From a virus (lineage: Duplodnaviria > Caudoviricetes): 51,920 nt of DNA. The stretch spans positions 1 to 51,920 of the IMG/VR virus record IMGVR_UViG_3300025154_000017. One strand, 5' to 3'. The notes beneath the pieces are model-generated. The model searched no databases and was not told where the DNA came from. It was given only the letters and a program-made list of their open reading frames with translations. Both the position numbers and the translations under genes were made by a program. Below, piece after piece: positions 33,092 to 42,289 of this stretch (its first letter is position 1; each line of letters begins with the position of its first letter).

Positions 33092-34009
33092 TTAGTTAAT
33101 ACTTAATTCAGACAAATATAATAATTCCTTATTACATATTACACAGTCCTCAAAATTACCAGTATGCCATCTTTTATGGTTTACCCTCTTAGCTATCATT
33201 GAATGCTTTGCTCTTTCTTCCGGACTGTCCATTAACTTAATCATAATATCACTCATTTTCTTTAATGTTTCCGCAGAACGTGGGGGTCTATTTTTTGCTC
33301 TTTCGCTCATTAGTTTTCTTTCCTCAATTGATATTTCGCCACGAGATTCGCGTATTTTTCTTTTCGTTTCATCCGTATGATGCTTACCGTAAAAAGAATT
33401 TTTTTCCCCCTTATGAGATTCGCTAAGCTTCCTTTTGGTCTCGTCAGTTATAACTCTATTTATTCGTGCTTTTGACATATTTTCTCTATGCTCTTCAGAA
33501 AATATTCTTCCCTTGCTTGCTTCGCTTAATTTCTGTTTATGTTCTTCCGAAAAATGCCTCCCCTTAGAATTAGCCGATTGTTTTCCCCTTGATTCAATAG
33601 AACGTATTTTGCCAGTATTAGCTCTCCTTATTCGGTCTTTTGTTTCCTGAGTTATTTTACGTCTCCTATTAGATTCGCTTATCTTGAGCTTAGCTTCCTT
33701 ACTTAATTTAAATCCAAGCGGGCTATCTGCTATTGGTCTATTATTAAAGTAAGGTTTATATGCATCAATAAAAAACTGTTCATTAGATATTAATTCATCT
33801 TTATCACAAGTCAAAATTATACTAAATGACAGATCGCTTTTATTGTATTTATTATAATGATTTTGTAACTTTAATGAATAGTGATTATTGTTTTTTAAGC
33901 AACGTAGATGCTCATTCCATCGACGCATTATATGAACCGAACTGCCAATATAAATACGGTCAGGTTTTGCTGACGAACGTATCATATATACTCCAATAAT
34001 ATGTTCCAT
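33092..34009 (-). CDS. Free-standing GIY-YIG homing endonuclease with NUMOD3 repeats
   Basis: GVYMI...YIGSS..RR..EH, EQFFID, N.FYGKHHTDETKRKI. Confidence 0.92.
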   Translation of the reverse strand: MEHIIGVYMIRSSAKPDRIYIGSSVHIMRRWNEHLRCLKNNNHYSLKLQNHYNKYNKSDLSFSIILTCDKDELISNEQFFIDAYKPYFNNRPIADSPLGFKLSKEAKLKISESNRRRKITQETKDRIRRANTGKIRSIESRGKQSANSKGRHFSEEHKQKLSEASKGRIFSEEHRENMSKARINRVITDETKRKLSESHKGEKNSFYGKHHTDETKRKIRESRGEISIEERKLMSERAKNRPPRSAETLKKMSDIMIKLMDSPEERAKHSMIAKRVNHKRWHTGNFEDCVICNKELLYLSELSIN

Positions 34010-34027
34010 GCAATAAAATTACGAATA

Positions 34028-34816
34028 TTATTTGATATTAACAAGTATATTATAATATTCGGAATCTCGTAGATTTCCGTCAAAAAAGCAGATTGCTTCG
34101 TCGATCGCTTCTTCACCTATGCCATGAAGCTGAGTACCATGCGTCGAATTATGTATTATCAGTGTGTTGTTACTACACACAAGGCCGTCGAGCAGGTAGT
34201 CCGGGCCTTCAATCGTAGGTATCTGATCGAACTCAGCCGAAGGTAAGTATTGCCGTATCTCGGTAAACCAGTGACGGTATGTTATCCCCTGCCGCAAAAG
34301 TCGCATGGCATACCACGTAAACGCTCCCCGGTAATCGTCATTGATGTAGGCATCTGCCGCAGTTTGCGTTTCTCCGCAAGCACTTATAGCTATCCATTTA
34401 ATGTCTGAACGAAGGAAAAAAGGCCGTGAAACAGTCCTTACAGGCTGTCCCGGGGTAGCATAAAACCTGTTCTTAACCCTGTGGTATTCCTCCACTCCCC
34501 GCTTATCAAACAGCCGTGTCACGGTAGCCGAAAAACAACTGTCAGCCAGTACCACAACTGTTGCACCAGGTTTAAGTAGTGATACAGCCGCCGCCACGTT
34601 CGTTCTAAAGGCTTTTAACGTTGCCTCTGAATCCAAGTACCGCCTAACGTCAAAGTCCGGCCAGTGCCCTAATAACGTGTCCTTAACCTGTCGGCTATCA
34701 TTTAAGCACCCACGCAAGTCATTCGTGCTGCCGGGGTAGTCGTTTATCGCAAACGAGAGTAACCGCCTTTCAGCGAACTCCATTGTCGGGGGTACAGGTT
34801 TCTTCCAGCACATCAC
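34028..34816 (-). CDS. Caspase-family (C14, metacaspase-like) peptidase with permuted motif order
   Basis: INDY..L.GCLND, DSCFS, SAC...QTAAD, GAFT, Q.P; the His motif STHG..DEAIC..D lies at the C-terminus. Confidence 0.85.
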   Translation of the reverse strand: MMCWKKPVPPTMEFAERRLLSFAINDYPGSTNDLRGCLNDSRQVKDTLLGHWPDFDVRRYLDSEATLKAFRTNVAAAVSLLKPGATVVVLADSCFSATVTRLFDKRGVEEYHRVKNRFYATPGQPVRTVSRPFFLRSDIKWIAISACGETQTAADAYINDDYRGAFTWYAMRLLRQGITYRHWFTEIRQYLPSAEFDQIPTIEGPDYLLDGLVCSNNTLIIHNSTHGTQLHGIGEEAIDEAICFFDGNLRDSEYYNILVNIK

Positions 34817-35226
34817 TTTATAGTTTCTTTAATTTCCTGCACATCCTGACGCATCTCTTTGTTTTTAAGGTTATCAGCCACCGTCGAGAACGTGCCGTAT
34901 GAGCTTATTATCAGAGTTATCACGAAGAACGCAATGATAATCACCGTCCATGTCGGGTGACGTTTGAAGAACTTGTACTCAATTAAATCGTCTTTTAAGG
35001 CTTCGATATCCTTTGCCTTTGAGCATTCAATAGGGTGCAGCGTCAGTTTTTCTTTTAAGATCCCAACGTCATCCTCAAGTTCATTAACCCTATGATTAGT
35101 TGTCGTCGTCTGAACCTCTATCCTGTCAAGTCTGTCGTGGACTGTCTCAAACTGTGCATTCATGTGCTTGTTTAAGCCTCCAAATTTTTCTTCTAAGTAC
35201 AGGCGGTAATCTTTTGAATCAGTCAT
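34813..35226 (-). CDS. Coiled-coil plus TM protein (holin/XhlA-like)
   Basis: RLDRIE coiled coil followed by one TM helix. Confidence 0.55.
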   Translation of the reverse strand: MTDSKDYRLYLEEKFGGLNKHMNAQFETVHDRLDRIEVQTTTTNHRVNELEDDVGILKEKLTLHPIECSKAKDIEALKDDLIEYKFFKRHPTWTVIIIAFFVITLIISSYGTFSTVADNLKNKEMRQDVQEIKETIK

Positions 35227-35275
35227 TTAAATTAAGTTGTACCCCCTCCCGCTTCCGACGACGGTTGAGAGTTGG

Positions 35276-35659
35276 TTATATAATTATCCTTACACCTATT
35301 GTTAAGTTATTCCGCACGCTGCCGATATAGATGTATGGTTTCTTTTTAAATACTTTTAACGCTGCATAACTCAGTCCCGTGCCTATCGCTCCGCCGATCA
35401 TCGTCGCCCCTACGTCTTTCCAGTCCCAGCCACCGTATTCAATCTCATCCCACAGCTCTTTACCTATCCCCGCAACGGCTACCGAACCCATTCCAAGCAA
35501 AGCAGCTTTTTCAGGCTTCCAATTCAGCGAGTTACCGGCAAATGTCCCCCAAGTGCCTACCACCACGCCTGCACCGGCATGAAGTTTCTTATCGACGGGT
35601 ATCTGAGCCGCAAGGCTTGCAGAGAACAGAAGGGCTATTATCGTGAGTTTCGTTTTCAT
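35276..35659 (-). CDS. Membrane protein, YfiM/DUF2279-like
   Basis: DKKLH...GIGKELWD....W...D..AT..G motif. Confidence 0.65.
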   Translation of the reverse strand: MKTKLTIIALLFSASLAAQIPVDKKLHAGAGVVVGTWGTFAGNSLNWKPEKAALLGMGSVAVAGIGKELWDEIEYGGWDWKDVGATMIGGAIGTGLSYAALKVFKKKPYIYIGSVRNNLTIGVRIII

Positions 35660-35674
35660 CTGACAGCGACTACA

Positions 35675-36301
35675 CTAAATAAATGAACTTATATAATTAC
35701 CTATTAATACCCCTCCGGCATCATTTGGATGAACTCCGTCAGATAGATATGTTGTATAATTATCTGCATTAATGCCAACATCATGGAATAAATCCAATGC
35801 CTCTAATCCATATAAAGCAGCACACTCCATAACTGCTGTGATGTAAGGTTCTTTCTGAGCAACGCTTACATCGGTTGAATACAGCGGAGTTAAGCATATT
35901 ATTCTCGCATCGGGGTTCTGCTCTGTCAATTTCTTTAATGTGCCTTTATATGCAGAATAGAATGACGGGGGACTTTCTTCTACCGCATCTCCCGTATAAA
36001 CCGCATCCTCAATCGTTCCGCACCCCGTAGGATAAGCGTCGTTCTGTCCTCCCATTAAAAAGATAATATCAGGACCGTAATAATGAGCATCATCAACTCT
36101 TTCGTATATAGAATTTCCCAACTGTTGTCCCACGTAGTCATTGTTTATCAACGGAACAATCCTGCTTGACCCCATTGCCATAGGTTTATGACCACCCATA
36201 CCATCTTGAGTTTCCGCGACACTATACCCCGTAAGTATATTAATCACTATCTGTGATTGCCATTTACTCTGATAAGTTACACTATCTCCTATTGTTATCA
36301 T
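35675..36301 (-). CDS. SGNH/GDSL hydrolase (esterase)
   Basis: IGDSVT, GGQND and DGVHPN blocks. Confidence 0.9.
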   Translation of the reverse strand: MITIGDSVTYQSKWQSQIVINILTGYSVAETQDGMGGHKPMAMGSSRIVPLINNDYVGQQLGNSIYERVDDAHYYGPDIIFLMGGQNDAYPTGCGTIEDAVYTGDAVEESPPSFYSAYKGTLKKLTEQNPDARIICLTPLYSTDVSVAQKEPYITAVMECAALYGLEALDLFHDVGINADNYTTYLSDGVHPNDAGGVLIGNYISSFI

Positions 36302-36315
36302 TTTGGGGATTTTAT

Positions 36316-37275
36316 CTAACTCACTTTTTTTTTTAAGTATTGGTATATCGCAGCCTCGACCCCAGCATCCTCTATTGCATCTCTGAATATTGCTTCACGT
36401 ATTACAAAATCCGCACAGTGAACGGGATTACCCGGGTCTCCTCCAAGTGCTATGGCGTTCATATTAGAACTTCCAAAATGTCCCGTAACAGCAGCGGTTT
36501 CATCAACTATTAACTTACTATTTGCTGTATTGAACAATATCCTTACTACCCCCCAATTACCAATAGCAAGATTACTATTAACCACAACCGTTGCCCCCGC
36601 TCCTCCGCAATGGGCACATAAATCCGGTGTTGTTCCGTGTTGATATAAAGTTCCCGTGCCAAACGGCGCTCCGTTTATTATAGTTTGGTCTGTACCATCA
36701 TACGAAACTTGGCTGACCAAAAGATAAATCATTTCGGGTTGTGAATATCCAAGTGCGGCAGTTGCCATATACATAGCCACGTTATTAAATCTTACACCAT
36801 CAGCGTGCCATATCGGTTGTTTTGTACCCGTTGCCTGAGTTAAGTTATGTCCCGAACCAAGTTTATCATTCCATTGACTTATCTTCTCCGTTCCACCTGT
36901 ATCTTTCGTTAAGGTGGTTAAATCAGAATAATCATACCATGCAACAGTATTACCATCATCAGCCACATTATTTGTCACCGTACCCGTGTCGCCTGACTTG
37001 ACAAAGGTTATCGTCAAGTCTTCATCAAAGACTAATACCGCAGTTGATAACACCAATGTCAGCACCGTACCAGTCCAACTTGCCGACGAAATAGTAAACC
37101 CTGTAATCGTAAAGTCAGTTGCAACTAAATCAGCCGCAGTCGGAAACGTCAGCACCACATGAGTAGGAGCAGCATTCTCAACCGTTACTGAAACCAGAGA
37201 AGTCCAAAACGCCTCCCAGTCTGTGCCGCCGCCGCTGAACGGTATCGCTGTTCTTGAAACACTTATGCCCGGCAT
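36316..37275 (-). CDS. Virion/tail-associated protein with LamG/lectin-like domain
   Basis: AWYD.SD..TLT....ISQWNDK.G.GHNLTQAT...QP motif; Thr/Gly-rich. Confidence 0.7.
   Translation of the reverse strand: MPGISVSRTAIPFSGGGTDWEAFWTSLVSVTVENAAPTHVVLTFPTAADLVATDFTITGFTISSASWTGTVLTLVLSTAVLVFDEDLTITFVKSGDTGTVTNNVADDGNTVAWYDYSDLTTLTKDTGGTEKISQWNDKLGSGHNLTQATGTKQPIWHADGVRFNNVAMYMATAALGYSQPEMIYLLVSQVSYDGTDQTIINGAPFGTGTLYQHGTTPDLCAHCGGAGATVVVNSNLAIGNWGVVRILFNTANSKLIVDETAAVTGHFGSSNMNAIALGGDPGNPVHCADFVIREAIFRDAIEDAGVEAAIYQYLKKKVS
36325..36334 (-). repeat. A10 homopolymer (candidate slippage/frameshift site)
   Basis: Ten A's just before the stop of 36316..37275; the -1 frame is open into the SGNH ORF. 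Confidence 0.6.
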
Positions 37276-37356
37276 AATTAACCTCCTTTATTAAATAAAA
37301 TAGGCAAGTGCGGAGAAAAAACTTGTTTGTCCGCGCGACTTGCCCATAAGCTTAAA

Positions 37357-37692
37357 TTACCAGCCTACCGAAAACGTTGCGGTAGACCCCGTTTTATACA
37401 CTTTTCTGATGTTCATCGGAAGCCAGTCACCGAGATACTTAGTAGTATGAACAAGCGTGGCGGTAAAGTCCGTATGATCGGCCAGCTCAACCTCAAGCGT
37501 ACCAACGGCCTCGATCAACACCCTGAACGTACCGTCAGGTGAATTAGTGTCAGCCACGTAGTCTCCGACCATAGTAGCCGGATTGACCACCCCTACGTCC
37601 TCATCGGTCCCGTTAATAAAGAACCCGATGCCGTTGCCGAGAATGTCCTTTAGACCCCCCGGATACAGAGTTATTGCGCAAGGATCAGCCAT
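37357..37692 (-). CDS. Putative virion structural protein
   Basis: G.WLP..IRKVY.TG.TAT motif seen in spike-base-like proteins. Confidence 0.55.
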   Translation of the reverse strand: MADPCAITLYPGGLKDILGNGIGFFINGTDEDVGVVNPATMVGDYVADTNSPDGTFRVLIEAVGTLEVELADHTDFTATLVHTTKYLGDWLPMNIRKVYKTGSTATFSVGW

Positions 37693-37694
37693 GA

Positions 37695-37994
37695 CTACTG
37701 ACGATCAGCACATTCGGTACAAACAGTAGCGTCGCAGTTGACGAGCTTAATAGCCAGCTTATCGCAACCATCTAAGCCGAAGCCAAGCACAACAAGCGAT
37801 TCAGGCGACGTGCCTAACTGCGTAGAATAGTCGCACCCAATAGTATTACAGTCGGTGCAGTTATCAGGGACAACCATCGTGACACGGAAGCCAAGTACAC
37901 CACCATCAGCGTCAATCACCAAGCATGATGCTAACATCTGGAGCAGATTAGCCGGGAACGGATATCCGCAAGTTTCAATAGGATTATCAGCCAT
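37695..37994 (-). CDS. Cys-rich putative structural protein
   Basis: 9 Cys in 99 aa; follows the tail tube gene. Confidence 0.6.
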   Translation of the reverse strand: MADNPIETCGYPFPANLLQMLASCLVIDADGGVLGFRVTMVVPDNCTDCNTIGCDYSTQLGTSPESLVVLGFGLDGCDKLAIKLVNCDATVCTECADRQ

Positions 37995-38012
37995 TTCTTT
38001 TCTTTTTTATAA

Positions 38013-38570
38013 TTATGCCATTGGTGATACTGCCCTCAACGGTGAGAACTGTGACTTCCATTTAGCGGTTCCGATGAATTTCACTAACTCGGTTGTTTCA
38101 CGCGGTATGACCTGATTTGCGCGGATCGTAACCTGAATACCCTCGTTGCCTCCGTAAAGCATTCCATCGAATGTTTCATACCACAGCTTAAAGGTCATGT
38201 TACACTCCAAAGTCAGGAGCCAGTTGTAGTTCGTGTCGTTAGTCTCATCAACCTCGAAAGGTATTGAGAACTGTTTCAGCCCAACGGCAATGCGATCCCA
38301 CGAAGTAGGTATCTCACTTTGTTCGGGCTCGGGAAGTTCGGCAATCACCGGCAACTCACGGATTTCATCACCCGTTGCAGTTGCAGTATCGTCGAGCCTC
38401 GTGGTCCACTCCGCTAAGTCCTCGACGTTGGTGAAGTCATCAGCATCAGCAGCAGCAATGTAAAAAGTCTTAATTTGCCCATAGTGATATTCAGGGGCGC
38501 ATAAGTCTTTCTCTATTGCAGGCAGTCCAGTACAGTCTGTCGGACAAGTTGGTAATACGAGAATTGACAT
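38013..38570 (-). CDS. Putative tail tube (major tail) protein
   Basis: 185 aa, acidic and beta-rich; GQI..F...W...G.LYGG..G pattern; own promoter motif TAATTTTG. Confidence 0.6.
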   Translation of the reverse strand: MSILVLPTCPTDCTGLPAIEKDLCAPEYHYGQIKTFYIAAADADDFTNVEDLAEWTTRLDDTATATGDEIRELPVIAELPEPEQSEIPTSWDRIAVGLKQFSIPFEVDETNDTNYNWLLTLECNMTFKLWYETFDGMLYGGNEGIQVTIRANQVIPRETTELVKFIGTAKWKSQFSPLRAVSPMA

Positions 38571-38667
38571 AACAGTTTGATTATTAGTTAATTACAGTTT
38601 AAAAGAACTCATTATCATTAATACCCAAAATTACCTCTTATTATACTCTATGTGTTAAACGTAATAT

Positions 38668-40689
38668 TTAAAACTCATAAGCCCCTGTCTCAGGTGGGTT
38701 GCTAACTGCCACCCCGTCGTAGTCAGTTGTTATAAATGCAAGTCCCGCGGCTATCCCTGCGTTGATACACGGTGAGCCTGCTGCTAAGTGATAATCTAAT
38801 GCACCTACGAAGTCAGGGTTGTCGTTTATCACGTTGTTCTGATTGACATAGTTTGTCCCCGTGTCTCCTGCTTGGACTAATACGAGGTTACTATTTGAAT
38901 TAAGGTACATTAAGTTATTTTCAATCTCAAGAGCGTCCATTGCACCAGACCTGTCAATGAGTAACCATGCGCCGTTGGTATGACTGAGAATAATATTGTT
39001 CTTTATCTGAAGATTATTAATAGCACCGTCATTGTCTATCTTTAATGCAGAATGCGTCACGCCATCACTCTCAATTACGTTATTGAGTACATAAATATCT
39101 TCAAGCACACTACCTGCATCTGTATTATAAAAGTCCATGCAAGTTGTGTACTTAGCCGCATTATTCCACCCAATTTTACTAAGGATATTATAATAGAAAT
39201 ATACCCGTCGTGTTTCGCTTGGCCCGTAAGTGTTATCAGTGAAATGAAGCGGAGTGACTATCTTATAGAAATGATTGTTAAAAATATAGATATCTTCGTT
39301 TAATTCACCCTCGATGTCAATACATAATTTGCCATGCAATGTCTGAACCGGAGTGCCTGTAAAATAATTATTATAAATACGGTATGAATATGTATCATCT
39401 CCGGCAGTATTCTCATACATTCCTGTAATGTCTATGATACAATCACCGCCGTAAAACTCATTGTCATATATCTCATTCCCGCCGTAACAGTTAAACATCT
39501 CAAGATGAAAATTCCACGCATCTCCGTCATAGTCTGGTTTGTATGACTTATTATTATAGTATTTAATCCTCCGTGAGAAGCCCTGTCCGGTAGCTGACAT
39601 TATATCTCCGTTGTAACCTTGCGGCCTCTTATCGGCATAAAGAAGGTTATTATAAACCTCTAATCCGTCCTGCCCTGTGAACTGGATTAGCTGCCCCCCG
39701 GCCCATGTTCCGGCCTTATCCGTGCAGTCATCAATAGTACAATTATAAATCTTATTGCCTACTGCGCGAGTTGTCGGGGGTGTGATTACATTAGGCGAGT
39801 TGCTGAAAGTTATGCCGTTCCACAGGAATTGCCGTATATGACAATGATGGATATGGACATTGCCCCTGTTCTTCACCATTATCGCATTCGTGGAGGTCAA
39901 GTCTCCCTCTAACCTCAAGTAGCTTATCGACTGATTGCCGTTAGTATTCTCTGTCGCTGAACTGAGCGTTATTGCTCCTGTGTTTAACCCGCCGCTGAAT
40001 GAAGGTGAAACATATGTCATATGAATGATCGACGTGTCACCAGCCCCCAGAATTGAAACCCCTACAGCTAAAACCGTCTGTTGAGTTTCGTAATATATCC
40101 CGGCTTTAACGTGAATTATATCTCCGACAACCGTCGCCTGAGTAGCGGCATAAGCTAAAGTCTTCCACGGTGAGGTATAGGTTCCATTGCCGCTGTTGTC
40201 ATCTCCATTAGTTGCTATCCAATATATTTCAGGTATCTCTTCTTCAGGCTCTTCTTCGCCAGTACTAACTGTGAGATTATCACAGCACGCCCCGACAACG
40301 ATCTTTTCATCCATGTCAAAGGTTAAAACAACGGTAGCTTGATGACGCATTTTTTCAAACTGCCACTCCGGTTCTACGTCGACGTTGTAAATCTGTTCGA
40401 TCTCACCGGTCTTAAACGTGAGTTCAATATGATCATGCAGTTTCATTCGTTCAATAGCATCGACAAGGTATTCAGGAACTAACCCTGTGCGAATTTTATA
40501 ACGCTTCATGCCTCTTCGGAAAGTAGGTATAAAGTCACCGTCGCCGTTCTCTTGTCCGTCTTCTATCTCTTCGTGGAACGGTTCTAAAATGTCACCGTCA
40601 AGAAAGAACCAGAAATGCTGACCCCCCTGATAATAAATATTTCCGAGGTCGCAGGTGTTCCAGTATTCGAATTTTAAGTATTTATTCAT
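38668..40689 (-). CDS. Tail spike/fibre with right-handed beta-helix (pectin lyase-like)
   Basis: G.D..GNGT..SPWKTL..A, GD.I.V..G.Y, repeated IYNN, DYHL..GSP.I.AG...GAYE. Confidence 0.8.
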   Translation of the reverse strand: MNKYLKFEYWNTCDLGNIYYQGGQHFWFFLDGDILEPFHEEIEDGQENGDGDFIPTFRRGMKRYKIRTGLVPEYLVDAIERMKLHDHIELTFKTGEIEQIYNVDVEPEWQFEKMRHQATVVLTFDMDEKIVVGACCDNLTVSTGEEEPEEEIPEIYWIATNGDDNSGNGTYTSPWKTLAYAATQATVVGDIIHVKAGIYYETQQTVLAVGVSILGAGDTSIIHMTYVSPSFSGGLNTGAITLSSATENTNGNQSISYLRLEGDLTSTNAIMVKNRGNVHIHHCHIRQFLWNGITFSNSPNVITPPTTRAVGNKIYNCTIDDCTDKAGTWAGGQLIQFTGQDGLEVYNNLLYADKRPQGYNGDIMSATGQGFSRRIKYYNNKSYKPDYDGDAWNFHLEMFNCYGGNEIYDNEFYGGDCIIDITGMYENTAGDDTYSYRIYNNYFTGTPVQTLHGKLCIDIEGELNEDIYIFNNHFYKIVTPLHFTDNTYGPSETRRVYFYYNILSKIGWNNAAKYTTCMDFYNTDAGSVLEDIYVLNNVIESDGVTHSALKIDNDGAINNLQIKNNIILSHTNGAWLLIDRSGAMDALEIENNLMYLNSNSNLVLVQAGDTGTNYVNQNNVINDNPDFVGALDYHLAAGSPCINAGIAAGLAFITTDYDGVAVSNPPETGAYEF

Positions 40690-40693
40690 ATCA

Positions 40694-42289
40694 TTAAACT
40701 ATAAAATGAACATTTAATTCAGACATGATTTGTGATCCTCCATAAATTCCCGTCGTTAATGTATCATACAATGTTAAATTATACGGAGGATATTTATTAA
40801 TTTTCCACACATAAGATAAATTAGCATTGATCATGTCAACTATATAAATCTCATTATTGTATTCGATTAACCCAAAGGGCCAATATACGGTAGGGGAAAT
40901 CAACAAATCAAATTCTAATGCTCCAGTATTATAATCATATTGTGATATATAATTTAATAAATTATCTGGAGGCTGTCCGCTTGTTGTAAGAATCAATTTA
41001 TTCGTAGATGTTAATAAATAGTCTCCATTAATAGTCCGTTGTTGCATTAAATCAAATTTATAAGTATTTGTAGAGATATCGGCAGTTATATCAGCCTCAT
41101 ATACTTTTAATGTGTATATACCCCCTGGTTGAGTCCGTTCTATTAATATTAAAGTATTATCATCCTTGGCACATAATCCCGCACTCCTTAGTGCATTTAT
41201 GTTCGTAATGGTGCGATTAAATGTTGCGGTAAATGGATCTAATATAATATTCCATTCATTAATTCTATATTCAGAAATTGGTGCACCGACATAGGTATAT
41301 AACCATAACTTATTTTCTGTATGAGCAACATCTGCACTTATAGTAGTGATACCATCAACTGAAAGTAATTCAGTTGTTTTTAATCCTAAATTATATAAAT
41401 AAATTTTAGTAATACCAGAAGTATTTAATAAAATAGTTGGCAGTGGAGAACATTCTTCGGTCAATATATCCCCCTCTTCATCTCGCATCACACACCCGTT
41501 AGCGTCACGCATAGCACGGTAGCCGTCGGGAATGTCGTTCATCTCACAAACAGCATCAAACCACGCAGAAAAATACGAATACGCCCCGTCATCAATACGA
41601 ATATAATAACGACCACATTCAAGAAACGGGTAAAAACACTCTCCGTCGTGGATGTAGTAAGTCCGCCCGTCGATTGTCAGAACATCAACGGTTATCGTCA
41701 GTACTGTTTCCGTGCCGTCCAGGGCAACCAATGTGTAAGTAGGTGTACCGGCTGTTGCATTCTCTGTTGTGTACATAAACGGCAGGAAACTATCACAAGG
41801 CGCAATAATATGTCCGCAGTCAACTAATTGTTCAGAGAACTTCAACGGGGTCATCAACAGGTCACGAAGTTTATAAGCATTCTCATTAAACTCAAATTCT
41901 TCAACCGTGAAAGGTTCAAACCACCAAGTTTCACCGGCTATAACTCGAAACTCATAAGCGCCACACGAAATTTCAGCGATAGTCGAACCATCGTAAGAGT
42001 GAATATAAAACCCTTCGGTAATGACAGAAGTAACAGGTAAAGCAATCTCAGTCCACACCCCTGAGCCGTAAACACTGATCTCACTTCTTATATAGTCGCC
42101 CTCAGAGATTATCTGAAACGGTAATAGGGAATATTTATCCGTTACAAGTGAAGGACAACATCCGCCCGGAAAGCATATCTTCGCCTGAGTGATGTACGAC
42201 ATCCACGGCTGCGGCTCTTGCTTATGGCAGTTAAATATCGACATCAGCCAGCGTATTATCCGTAAAATAAAATCCCATATTTTTTGCAC
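40694..42289 (-). CDS. Tail protein (AT-rich, propeller-like C-terminal domain)
   Basis: Position in tail module; repeated LPF/CG.Y/WF N-terminal units; start codon uncertain. Confidence 0.65.
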   Translation of the reverse strand: MQKIWDFILRIIRWLMSIFNCHKQEPQPWMSYITQAKICFPGGCCPSLVTDKYSLLPFQIISEGDYIRSEISVYGSGVWTEIALPVTSVITEGFYIHSYDGSTIAEISCGAYEFRVIAGETWWFEPFTVEEFEFNENAYKLRDLLMTPLKFSEQLVDCGHIIAPCDSFLPFMYTTENATAGTPTYTLVALDGTETVLTITVDVLTIDGRTYYIHDGECFYPFLECGRYYIRIDDGAYSYFSAWFDAVCEMNDIPDGYRAMRDANGCVMRDEEGDILTEECSPLPTILLNTSGITKIYLYNLGLKTTELLSVDGITTISADVAHTENKLWLYTYVGAPISEYRINEWNIILDPFTATFNRTITNINALRSAGLCAKDDNTLILIERTQPGGIYTLKVYEADITADISTNTYKFDLMQQRTINGDYLLTSTNKLILTTSGQPPDNLLNYISQYDYNTGALEFDLLISPTVYWPFGLIEYNNEIYIVDMINANLSYVWKINKYPPYNLTLYDTLTTGIYGGSQIMSELNVHFIV

